From NCBI RefSeq assembly GCF_009834535.1, contig NC_045698.1:14076001-14140000 (forward strand): a DNA stretch of 64,000 nucleotides. The letters run 5' to 3'. Below are positions 38,001 to 51,200 of the stretch, piece after piece (position 1 is the stretch's first letter; each line of letters begins with the position of its first letter). Source of the stretch: Camelus ferus. Its lineage: Eukaryota. A program made the position numbers and the translations under genes. A model generated the notes under the pieces. The model did not search any database and was not told the DNA's origin. It worked only from the letters and a program-made list of their open reading frames with translations.

Positions 38001-40819
38001 ATTAATTGTCACTAATAAAAATTGACACTAAAAATCTAAATATACAAAAAGCAGTCTTTTTTTCATTTGAGGAATAAATAATGAGAAAAAAAACCATTCT
38101 GGGACTGAAGTAAATTGTATAAATGGAACCACAAGGCTAAATTTTTTTCTCAGTTATTTTTCTCCAGTTTTATCTCTAAATGCATAAGCTCTCAGAATAA
38201 TTAGAAACAGCAACAATAAAGGCTAAAACAAAAAATAAAAATGTGTGAAATACTGAAGGAAACAATATTTATAAAATCTAAATTAATAATTTAAAGATAG
38301 ATTTTTAAAAGCATATGTGTATAAAATATAAACTATATCTTGAGGCAAATATTTCTGGAATTTTTTTAGTATTCTCTGAATCTCTGCATAGTAAACAAAG
38401 GAAGAACAAATTTAGTTTTTAAGATGGACAAATATCTTGCTTAATAAAAACCTACAGAGTGAAAAGTGCATATTTGTATAAATGTACATTGTGACAAGTA
38501 TCATGTTGATAATATATAGTGTTTGATTATAAATTTTACAAAATTAACAAGGCAGGATAACCCAAGAAATAGCAGCCATAGAGTATTATAATTTCTAATG
38601 ATAGAAATAGTTAAAAAATCTAAGGTTGTCAGGAGGAATCTTTGATGTATGAGAAAATTACAGCCTCTGAAAAGTTTAAGGATCAAAAACCACACATTAT
38701 GTTAATCTCTACTCCTCCACCCACATGTGTTGGCTCTCTGCTATTTTTATTTGTTTTAAAATTTCACTGCAATCTTTTTAGTCCCAATATGGCAAAATTG
38801 CTGCATCATTTTAACAATGTATGATGCTCTCTGGTTACCCAAGATGCAAAAATGCCAAAATCTTTCTTCAAATATTGACCCTGGAAAGAGCAAAATTCTA
38901 ATACATGTATTCCCAGATAACAGGAATAAAACCATATTTTATAAACTATTTCAAATTCATCCTTACAATAAATCTAATATTGTTTTAAAACATTCAGGTT
39001 TTAAATATGAATAAATGATTTTATATATTTAAGAAAATATCATGTATGTCTTCTAAAAGGATACCATTGACCATTATTTTAGTATAGTTGAAAATCAAAA
39101 CAATGTATTACATACAAAAATATTGGCATCAATTACTTCTATATATTATATTATTAACATTTAAAATAAAAATATGTGCATTCTATAACACTGTACATTA
39201 GCACTAATTCGTATTTCATTGGTATTTTTATTTTAACAGTAAACTTTCTGCTCTTCTTGTGATTACTATTTAAAAGTGCTTTTCACAAATCCCTGAACGA
39301 TGACACCACTGCATAATGTCGTTGAGTGAAATAAAGCTAAATGTAGTGAGACAAAGCAAAATGAAGGGAATTAAGACCCCATAACAAAGCCGGAAAGACA
39401 GAAGTCTGACATGAGGCTTAAAAAAAAATATGGAGGGAGAGAAAGAGAGAGCAAGCAAGTAAAATAGAAAAAAATCAGACAAAAGTTCAAGGCAGAGTGA
39501 CAAATTAAATGAATTCAAAGACACCTCTAACAAATGGCCAATGAACAGCAGTAATTTCCATTAAAATTATTTTTAAAAACAACATAAAACAATTATTTCC
39601 CAAGCTATGTCAGGTAAAAATATTTATTTGTATTGGGTGAGCCACCTATTAATATTTACCAGTTTGTGGAATCTCTCTCTTGTTCCCTGTATTTTTGAAT
39701 TTCTACCACTCACTGACTACAATTAACTAATGCCAATCAAAAAAAAAAAAAAAACAAAAAAAAACCAAAAACTGTTAGATTGTGCTTATCCATTTGTTTA
39801 TAAGAAGTATGGAATAAGCAGCATAAAAATTGAAACTTTTAGTTATTTTCAAATCCTCGAATATTCTATGTTATTCTCTGAACGCTGAGAACTGGTAACC
39901 AAGCAACTGTAGCAGAGGCTGGAATGTGTGTACTTTGGAGACACACAGACTTTTCAAGAAGGCCACAACTGAGATGACTTGAGATTAAAAGGGAGAATAC
40001 ATTCTTGCAAAATATTTGTTGAGTTTTGTGTCAGTTAATTAATTTACCTCATTAAATTCTCCATGATAAAAATAAAATCTTCATTTCAAGTGCTTAATAA
40101 GAAAGGAACTTAAATAAATACATGCAAATGGTGGAGTGTATTGTTCTTCAAATGTTTTAATCTAAGAATGTATTCTGGGTATAGTTTCACATTTTCACTT
40201 GCCTATGAAATGGATGTTGTTAATTTATTGGAATTTATCTCCATTCAGACTTACACTTAGCACCTCTACCTCACTGTTTGCATTGGCTTTAGCAAAACTT
40301 ATTCTTACTAGATTATAAGTTAGTGCTCTGTCACTGACAAGGTTGGTGTTCAGTACTTAAGTGACAAAAGACGTATAATTTTGTACAATCAAAATATCAA
40401 CATTATGCAATGGAATAAATTGAGGATCATGTACCTCCTTCAAAGTAGTGACTCTAACTTCCAATATATTGTAGTCACAAGGTAAAATTGTAACTTCTTA
40501 TTAATGGAAAACTAAATTCTTTGGAATTGATTTTAAAAATATATTTGTATCTCAGCATTCACTGTGACATTTCCTACTTCCCCAAACTGGGGTTTTAGCT
40601 CCCTTTTTCCTGCTTAGCTGATGATAGAGACTAGCTGTGAAAGTGTTAACAAGTTTGCATTCAAGAGTAAGGGCCACCTAAAACTGAGCCGTGTCTGTCA
40701 TCTTCTCCACCTCTTTGTACTCAGAGTTTAAGCGTTTAAGGAAGCACCCTGGACTACTCTAACATTAAAACAATATTTTGCCCCCTAATTGCCATAAAGC
40801 AATTGCCTTTACAAGTATT

Positions 40820-41075
40820 AATCTCTTAGGACTCCAAACCCAGACCATATCTGCAAATGCTGACTATTCTAATTACTGGTGATATAATCTTGGGCCAGTT
40901 AGTTAGCTCACTGTATTTCAATTATTTTATCTATAAATTGAAAATAATAGTACTACCTCCCTTAGAGTGGTGCAATGAGGTGAATATGAGTTGATGCATA
41001 TACACATTTACACTAATGCCTAGAATCAGTGATTACTTAATGAATATTAGATACTGCAATTTTAGTGATTATTAA
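40820..41075 (+). mobile_element. MIR SINE
   Basis: 'tctataaattgaaaataatagtactacctcc...aatgcctagaa...taatgaatattag'. Confidence 0.7.
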
Positions 41076-41252
41076 TAATATAACACTTATAAATTCCAGT
41101 TCATTTATGTTACTCAGTCGTCATTTAAGACACCATATGTTCACTTGGAAGAAGTTTACATCATTCCTTCTCTTACCTATATATCAATTTTCAGATTTTT
41201 AGCAGTTGTTCTCATCTTTTTACTGTTATCAAAAAAGGTGATACTCATGTTC

Positions 41253-41520
41253 TATGATCCTTTTAAAGTGCTACTGAATTCAGCTGCTAATATTTTTTTG
41301 AGGGACTTTGCATCCATGTTCATCAGGGCTATTGGACTGTAGCTTTCTTTGCTTGTGGTGTCTCTCTGGTATTGGTGTCAGGTTGATGCTGGCTTTGTAA
41401 GAAGAGTTTGGGAAGCAAGGATGGTTCAACATATGCAAATTAGTGCAAAGCACCACATTAACAGAATGAAGAATAAAAATCACATGATCATCTCAATAGG
41501 TGCAGATATAGCATTTGACA
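41253..41520. mobile_element. Small inverted L1 ORF2 (RT) insertion without a 3' end
   Basis: 41253-41415 is antisense ORF2 (PDEHGCKVPQKNISS); 41416-41520 is sense ORF2 (HHINRMKNKNHMIISIGADIAFD). Confidence 0.88.
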
Positions 41521-41859
41521 TGATTATATAAAATTACCATTATTATTATAACTCTTCTACATATGTAACATACACACCTACCATAAATGTCAACCTCACT
41601 GGGCACACTGCACTGTTTCGGGTTTCAACTTTATTACAGGGTTTTCACGGGCTGGATATCTGAACAGAATACCCCTGCTATGCTTTGTATCTTCTTTACT
41701 CTCCTCCACAAATATCCCTAATTTTTCAAAGAACTAATCTTAAACTTTTCTAGTCACTAAAACAGATGAAACAGTGGAAACCAGTAAGCCTATACTTCAA
41801 CTCTGGTTCTTCTGTTTATTAAATGTGTAAATTCTAAAATTTTACTCCCTTCAATTTTC

Positions 41860-42710
41860 CCCTTATTCAATGACTATCTATGCCAATGTTTGGCTATCTG
41901 CTGATTATTGGGAGGTACACGGTGAACAAAAAACATCGTACCTGCACTTAAGGAATTAAGAATCTGTTGGTGAAGCCAGCTAATAATACATGGATAATTA
42001 AAATGAAAATTAAAGCATTCTAATTTGGTAGGTTCTACAAAGGAACAACAGAAGGTGCTATGAGAGGGAGATAAAAAGCAAGTGTAGCTGAGAGAACTAG
42101 AAGCACCAATAAATGAGGCCAGCACGTGCCACTGAGTCTGTGTTACAGATTTAGAATTTAATCTAAATGCCTTTAGAAGCCACAGACGGATTTTAACCCT
42201 AGAATGATGGGACCAGATATTTGTTTATAAAGGATCAATCTGGCTGCTGGAGAGGGAAGAGCTGAGATGGTGAGAGGAGAGTAATGGGACACCAATTAGG
42301 AAGCTACCTCAGTATTTAAGGTGAGAGAGGATGGCAAAATAAATTAGAGTGGAGTAGGGCGAAATGAAGACAACCAGACAGATGTGAGATCCATTTTCGA
42401 CGAGGAGCTGACAGGACTCGCTAACAGACTGGGTTTAGGGAGAGGTGAGTGCGAAAGAGGTGTCAAGAATGATTCTCGGGTGTCCCGCTTCAACACTTGA
42501 GTGGCTGGAGGTGTAATTACTGAAAAGAGGATTCTGCAGGGACACCAGGTAGGAACCAATGTAAGGAGAGAGGCTGAGGGTTTTCTTTCTCAGGTTACTT
42601 TTTGAGATGATAGCAAAGCCTGCAAACATATATATTAGATTGATATTACCTATAGGAGTCTGATGCTCAGAGAGGTGTCATTCAGTTAGAAATATAAATC
42701 TCTTTATCAT
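41860..42710 (-). mobile_element. L2 LINE
   Basis: 'ggtgaacaaaaaacatcgtacctgcact', 'aaaggatcaatctggctgct', 'gagctgacaggactcgct', 'gtcaagaatgattct'. Confidence 0.8.
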
Positions 42711-45235
42711 CACCAGTTTCCTCATTTGAAAATGAGGGGGGCACTGTGTGTGGCAGTAAACATTAATACATACAAAATGCCAGACACATGACACTGGACG
42801 CAGATATCAGGGTTGTGAGCCTAACAACACTCCTGCATCTTCAAAAAAAATGCATATATACACATACACATGCATACGTACATACATACATAAATGCATA
42901 TAGTTCAACATATATTTAGTAGGGATTGAAAGAAAAATACTTCTCTTAAAAGGAGTTGTATGCTTTGTTTTTTATATTCAAAATAAGAAATGTATTACAC
43001 AAATAATATTTATATTGAGGGCAAATGCATTAACTTTCTGGAATTATCTTTCCTTTAACAGCTCTCCCATCATTTGTAACTGGATAAGCTAGTCATTCAT
43101 ACTCATTCAGGAGAGAGGTAACTTCTAGCAGCATCAGTGAAATCCTGTGGCTGCACATGACAGAATTTCTGTTTCACAGGAACAAAAACACAGTTCCAAT
43201 CCCAACTGGCTTCCAGTTACAGGATTTTGAAAGTAATTATCTGACACAGCAGAAGCCAAACAGTGCTCTATTTTTATTTTCTATTTCAAACTCCGAAGGC
43301 GAATCAGATTCTCACCAGAAATGTGACAGAAACAGGAGGGAAAGAAATAGATTTACTTACTCACTCATTTACACGAGCTGAAGCAGAGTCAATACTCTGA
43401 AAAATTCAGCAAGATGCTTCCCACTTTTCCACAGCTCCTGTTCCATCTTCACTTTATTTTGTCGTGTTCTACATCAGACTACTTTTGCAGGAATATTAAG
43501 GAATTCAAATGTAGATATTTCTTTTTAACCACATACGATAGGTCAACAGTAATATGTCAGCCATTATTTGGCTTCTAAATTTTAGTTAATGAGAACTAAA
43601 GATAGTTTCCTGTCACAGACTTTTTAGCAGTATTGTCACTGAACCAAGGCAAGCTGGATCCCAAATGCACAATAAAGGACAACTTTGTTAAATATCTACA
43701 GAAAGTCTGACAACAGACATTAGCATATAGATTTATATGTAATATTCAAGAACTATACTTTATGTGAACAAACAATTTTTATACTCTTTCCTAGAGATGA
43801 ACCTGTTATGGTAGAAATTTCTACTTCAACAGAAAAACAAGTCATGTAGACATATGCACAGAGGCACTTTTGAATGTGTCAGAGATCGGCATGATATTTG
43901 CATTTTATTTCACTGCTGTTTTGACAGCTTTTATAGCATGGCTTTCAGAAACAATGCAGCCATTTGGTTATCCTAGAGTCTGCTTCTGGGCAATCAATAC
44001 ATAATAATTATTATACTTCTACAAAAACTACAGCTACTGCGCCATTCACCATGAAAGAAAATTCCGTGCTTCTGTAATTCTTCACCTACATTCCTACTCA
44101 TAATTTGCTGGTTTCTTCTGTAGATAAACCATATAACTTGGGTAAAGCAGAGTTCAGCTAGTGATCTGGGGCTGTTATTTGTGGTAAATAGATTCTACTT
44201 GTTTCCGACCTTGAACCTAAGGCTAAACTAGTCTCTGGTTACTGACATTTCACTAACTTCAAAATAAGTAACATAAGTAAATTATTAAAGAGTTTTATGG
44301 AGCTGGGTATAATGTGTTACAGGGTGTTTTAAGTCGTTTTACTAATATAATTGGGACTGCCCCAGAGATAAGGTAATCATAAGATTCATCATCAAATGTT
44401 CCCTATATTTTATTTGGGGAAAGGAATTATAAGCCAGATGTAAACTAGGTCTAACAGGGGTAAACTGCAAGCATGGTTGACTTAGAACAATCCTAGAATA
44501 AAATCTTAGCGGTCTTCACATTGTTGCATTCATTATGCGTTTTCATGATAATAGGAACAAGAAAATTTTTTAAAAAATTATGCATGAAAGTTAATGTTAG
44601 GAGGACAAGAGAACAAATATAATTTGTCTGTAATTTAGCATTAGAAAAAGAAAAGAGTAAAGCAGATAAAAACCAGGGTATTGATGCTGTATTCCTGAGA
44701 GTCAGGAGAAGGTCTGAGAGAAACGGTTATAGAAGGAGGCTTGATAACACTGACTTGGATATTTTCTGGAAGGAGGTAAAGATTCACTGCAAAATAATCT
44801 GAGGAGAAGGACTTGAGATACCTCTGCACACGTGGAGACAATCATCTAAAAAGGAAATGATGCATTTGGTAATAAAGTATCCCATGTCGGAAATAAGTTT
44901 TAGGATGCTACAACTAGAAAAATGGCCCAGGTTCAAACGTTTATCTTCTTGAAAACACTTGAATATGCATGTATGAAAGAACAAAATCTTCTCTCTCAAA
45001 ATCCAAATAGATTATCAAGAAAAATTAAGCCATAACCCAATTAACACTGTTTCATATTAAACAGTAAATGCATTACATCATGACATAGGACTAACCATAA
45101 CTAAACTAGATTTAAATTCATATGTTCATGGCATTCATTTTTTAAAGCCATGCATGAAACATGTGGGATAAATTAGTAAGTAAGGCAGTCACACTGATAA
45201 ATAAGGTAATTCAGTGTATAAAATGTATGTTAGAA

Positions 45236-48200
45236 GAGTTCAGAAAAGATGGTGTAGATCCAATTTTCCCATTCCTTCCTCATAAGCAGAATTGTAGACC
45301 CTGAAAACGGCACTGGAAACAATCACCAGGGAATATATTAGTTGGAGGGTACAAGACACCCTGCTGCTGTCCCATCCTCCAGACCTGGGGTTAGAGAAGT
45401 CCCTCTGACAACATTAGGTACACAGACAACTCTGATAAGGGGGTTGCCTGAGAGCACCACCGAGAATAAACAGTCAGTGGAAACAGCGTTCTTTCTCATA
45501 TAATGTGAGACTCCCCTTTTCCAGTAAGAGCTACTGAAATAGGGGGCAGAGCTGCTGGAGAGACCCAATACCAGTTAGTCTGGCCAAGGAAGACTCTTTG
45601 ACTTCATGGTCATGAGATTCTCCACCCCTGAACAAGGACGCCAAGGAAGCGAGAGGTCACTGGGAGGGGAGTTTCACCACACTACTCCCTTATCAAGAGA
45701 CACTTAGCAGACTGGCCTAGGGGGAACTCATTTGGCCCTTGGAGGAGGGTAATTTGGGATAATTGGGTACCCCACTGATTTCAGATAAACTAAGGAGACT
45801 AAAATAATACCACAAAGGCACTGAGCATTTACTGCCATTTGAATGGCAGTCCATTAAAGTAATCTGAGACCCACATGCTAAACCTCAACTGGGTGACTGC
45901 TTGCTAAAATAGAACGTATAAATAAAACCCAGAGTCTCCTATAATGGTAGGAAAAAATGTCTAGGAAATCACAAAAAACTCACCCATTATACTAAGAAAG
46001 AACCAGGAAAATCACAACTTGAAGGGTGAAAGCCAATCAATTGATGCCAACACCAAGATGAATCAATTATTGGAGTTACTGGACAAGGATTTTTAAAGTA
46101 GCTTTTATAAAAATGCTTCAATAATAAATTCTAATTATCTTGAAACAAATGAAAAAGAGAAAAAAATAGATAATCTCAGCAAAGAAATAAAAGTTATTAA
46201 AAATGGCCAAACGGAAATGATAGAATTGGAAAACACAATAACAGAAAAAAAAAAGTATCACTGTATAGGCTTAAGAGTAGAGTGGAGATGACAGAGGATA
46301 GAATCAACCAACTTGAGGAGAGAATAAAACTCACCCAGTCTGAGAGAGAAAAAAATGGTCTGGAAAATAATAAACAGGGCTTCAGGGATACAAGGGACAA
46401 TAACAAAAGATTCAATAGATATATTACTAGAATTCTAAGAGGAGAAGTGCAAGGACTGAAGCTGGAAGAATTTTGAAGAAATTATGATGGAAAACCTGCT
46501 AGATTTGGTTAAAAACACAACCAACAGATGCAAAAAGCTGAGAAAACCCCAAACAAGTTAAAGAAATCCATAGTATGATTTATTATAATTAATCTTCTGA
46601 AAATTAAAGAAAAACTGTTGAAAGCAGCCAGAGAGAAATGATGTACTACCTATAGAGAAAAGCAAAAAACAAAACAAAACAACAACAACAACAACAACAA
46701 CAACAAGAAAACAGTTCAAATGGCAGCGGATTTCTCCATTGGAGAAAGTAGGGAGGCTAGAAGGAAGAGGTACAGCGTTTTGCAAGCTTGAAAGAAAAGC
46801 ACAATCAACTATGAATTCTATATTGCAAAAATATCCTTTAAAAATAAAGGAAATAAAAACGTTCTTGGATGAAAACCAAAAGAACCTATTGATAATAGAC
46901 CTAATCTTATAGATTGGCTAAAGGAAGTTTTTCAAACGGAAAGGAAATGACAAATTAAATAATATTGAAGCATCAGAAAGGCAGAGTGGTAAGGCCAAAA
47001 AAGAGAAATATGAATCAATGTAATAGTTATGCTTTTCTTATAAATTTTATAAATCATATTTAAATATTGAAACAAAAATGATAATCCCATCTGACATCCA
47101 AGAATATAATATTTTAAAGCAAGGAAGGCAAAGGGACCAAAATGAAAATGAGGTTTCTGCATTCACTCAAAGAGGTAAAATGTTGACATTAGTAGACTTT
47201 TAAAAACCACCTATATATATATATATATAGTAACAACTAGATCAACCACAGTGAAAACTATACCAAGAGGTACACACAAAAACACTACATATAAATGGAC
47301 AAACTCCTACACAATGTTCATGTAGCCCACATAATGGCATGCAGATAAATGAGAACCAGAGAAAACAAACAGAACAAAATATATATAAATATATATAAAT
47401 ATATAAAACTAAACTTTTATTCATTAACATATCAATAATTATATTAAATAAAATGCCTTAAATGCAATAATGATAATATAGAGAAAGCAGACCAAACAAC
47501 AAACACAATCCAACTATATGCAGCTTACAAAAAAACTCACTTCAAATTCAATGACATAGGCAGATGTTGAACATAAAAGAATGGAAAAGATACATCATGC
47601 AAACATGAAAATAAAGTATTTATTTTTTTAAATGAGTGTCTGTCTTAATATTTGACAAAATATTATTTGGAGCAAAGAAAAGTACTAGAGACAAAAATAA
47701 TGATAAAAGGACAAATCCATCAGGAAGACATTACATTCTAAATATGGATGCACAAGAGAGCTTCAAAATACATGAAACAAAATCTGATAGAGTTGAAAGG
47801 AGAAATAGACAAGTCCACAAATATATTTTGGAATTTCAACCCCATCCCCATCAACTGATAGAACTACAGACAGAAAATGAGCAAGGACACATATGCAAAT
47901 TTAGGAAAAATCAAAAGGAGCCGATTGGCATATGTAGAACACTCTTTGTTAATAACAGTATAATACACAGTTTTTCAAGTACCCATGGACATTCACCAAG
48001 ATAGACCACATCATGCTGCCATAAAATGAAACTCAAAAAAATTTAAAATATTGAAATCCTACAGAATGTGTTACCTGATTTTAATGGAATCAAACTAAAA
48101 ATAAACAACAGAAAGACAATGGAAAAATCTCTAAATACATACAAATTTTAAAAGACATTTACAAGTGATTCATGGATCAAAGAGGAAGTTTCAAAGAAAA

Positions 48201-51200
48201 TAAATATTTCTAACTAAGTGAAAAGAAAACATACCATATCAGAATATGTGGAATGCAACTAAAGTGGTGTTACAAATGAAGTTTACAGCTATATGCTAAC
48301 ATTAGAAATGAGATAACATCTCATATTAATAATTAATTTTCCTACTTCGAGATGCTGGAAAAGAATGAAATATAAATTCAAGTAAATAGAAAAAAGGAAA
48401 CAACAAAGATAAGAACAGAAGTCAATAAAACTGAAAACAAGAAAAAATAGAAAAAACAGATGAAAGAAAATTCTGATTCTTAAAAAAATCAATTAAATTG
48501 ATAAACCTCTAGAAAGACTGAAAGATCCTTTTTTTTAAAAAAGGAGGAAGACAAAAATCATTAATTCAGTATCAAAGATGGGATAATATTACAGATACTG
48601 CAGCCTTTAAAAAGGTAATAATGGGATATTATGAAAAATTTTATGCTCATATATCTGACAACTTAAAAGAAATGGATTAATTCCTTGAAAGCCACAAACT
48701 ATTACAGTGAAAAGTTTACCTGAATTGGCTATAACCATCAAAGAAATTGTATTCACAATTTTAAAACTCCAGATGGCAGCACTACTTTGGCAATTTTCAC
48801 TGGATAGGTCTACCAAATATTTAAAGAACTATTAATAGCAATGTTACAAAATATCTTTCAGAAAATATAAGAGGAGGGAACATTTTGTAAGTAATACAAT
48901 AAGCCGATATTACTCTGATACCAAAAGAAAAGGCAGTAGAAAAACAAACAATAAAACTACCTATAAATATCACTCATGAAATTGAATGAATAATCCTCAA
49001 CAAAATATTAGCAAGCTGAATTATCAATGCATAAAAAGATGAAGTGGGATTTAGTTCACGTATGCAAGGCTGGTTCAGCCTTTGAAAATCAATCAATGTA
49101 ATCCACCGTGTCAATAAGATAAAGAAGTTAAAACATGATCATACTAACTGATGCAGAAAAGTATCTGGCAAGCTCCAACATCTATTCATGATAAAAAAAT
49201 TCTCAGCAAGTTAGAAATAGAGAGGAATTAACACAACTTAATAAAGAGCATCTATATAATAAATCTACAGTTAACATCATATTAAAAGTGAAGAACTGAA
49301 TACTTTTCCACTAAGATGAGGAACATGGTGATAATGTCATCTTTCACCACTGTTCAACATAGTACTGTAAGTTCTAGCCAGCATAGCACAAAGGCAAGAA
49401 AAGAAAGAAAACGCATGCAGCTTGGAGTATAGAATTAAAATTCTCCTTATTTATTTAGGACATCATCATTTATGTGGAAAATCTACAAAATAAACAAATA
49501 TAAGAACAAAAGTTCTAGAATAAGTGATTCAGCAAGTTTGTAGGACAGAAAATGAACAAACACAAATCAATAGTAATGATGAACATGCAGAAACTAAAAT
49601 TAAAACACAATATATTTATAAACACTCCAAAGAAAATCATAAACTTAATAAATGGTACAGTAATAAAATATGCACTAGGTATTTTATGCACCATATGCTG
49701 GAAATTGTAAAACACTGATGAAAGAAATCAAAGACTAAATAAATGAAGAAATCATGTTCATAAATTAGGAGATTTAACATAGCAAAATGTCAATTATTCC
49801 CAAATTGATCTATGGGTTTAATATAATGTCTATAAAAATTCCAGCAAGATATTTTTAGACATAAACAAGCTTATTCCAAAATTTCTATGGGAATTTAATT
49901 CCTTAATTAGTTAAAACTGTCTTGACAAAGAAGAAACATAGCTATCTTTGACATTAATGCTAGCCATTAGCTATTTAGCTACAGTAACCAAGAAGATGTG
50001 GTATTGGTTGGGAAAGAGACATAGAGATCGATAGAACCGAACAGATGAGCCAGAAACTGACCCACACAGATATGCTCAACTGAATGTTAACAAAGGTACA
50101 AAACCAATTCAAAGACGAAGGATAGCCGTTTCAACAAATTACGCTGGATCAACTGGATATCTATAGGCAAAATCCAAAAAACAAAAACCAACTTTGCCCT
50201 AAACCTCACAAGAGTTTGTATACAAAGTTGTCTCATACTATATTTTAGACATATCTCTAAAGCCTAAAACTACACAATTGGGGAAGGGGGATGGAGGAGA
50301 AAATTTTGATACAGAGCACTAGAAGAGTTCTTAGATTTGGCACCAAAGCAAGATGCATTAAAGAAAAAGAAAATTATACATTGTACCTTATTAAAGTTAA
50401 TTTTTTTCTCTGTGAAAGTCTATGTGTAGAGAATTAAAAGATAATTTAGTTACTCCCTAGAGACTGGGAGCAAGTATTTGTAAATTACATATCCAAAATC
50501 ATTGTCTAGCATTTATAAAGAATGCTCAAACTTAACAGTTCAAAAAAATTAGAAAATGAGCAAAGACCTGAACAAATATTTTACCAAAGACACAGACTGA
50601 AAATAAGCATGGGGGAAGTTGTTAAATATCATTGGCCACTAGGAAAAAGAAAATTAAAACCACATGAGCTATTCCTACTCACTTATCATAATGGTTAAAA
50701 AAAAAATAACAACAACACTAAATGGGGGGAAGGACTTGAAGAATTGGATCACTCATATATTGCTGGTGAGGATGTAAAATATCACAATCACACTAGAAAA
50801 CAGCCTGGCAATTCCTTAAAAAAGTAAGCATGCTACTACCATCCCATTCAGCACACCCTGGCTTTATCTCTCAAAGATGAAAACTTACATTCACACAGAT
50901 ACCTATAAATGAATGTTTATAGCAGGTCATTGTATAGCTCCAAGCTAGAATCACCCTAGATGTTCTTCAATGATGAAAGGTTAACCCATCTATGGCACAA
51001 GTTTACCATGGATTCCTATTCAGCAATAAAAAGGAACTGTTGATACATGCACCAACTTGAGTGAATCTCCAGACTTACACTAGGTGAACAACAGCCAATT
51101 CTAAAAGGTTATATAATTCATATTTCCATTTCTATAACATGTTTTACATGGCAACAATGTAAAAAAGGGCAAGTTAGCATTTTCCTGGGATAGTTGGGGA

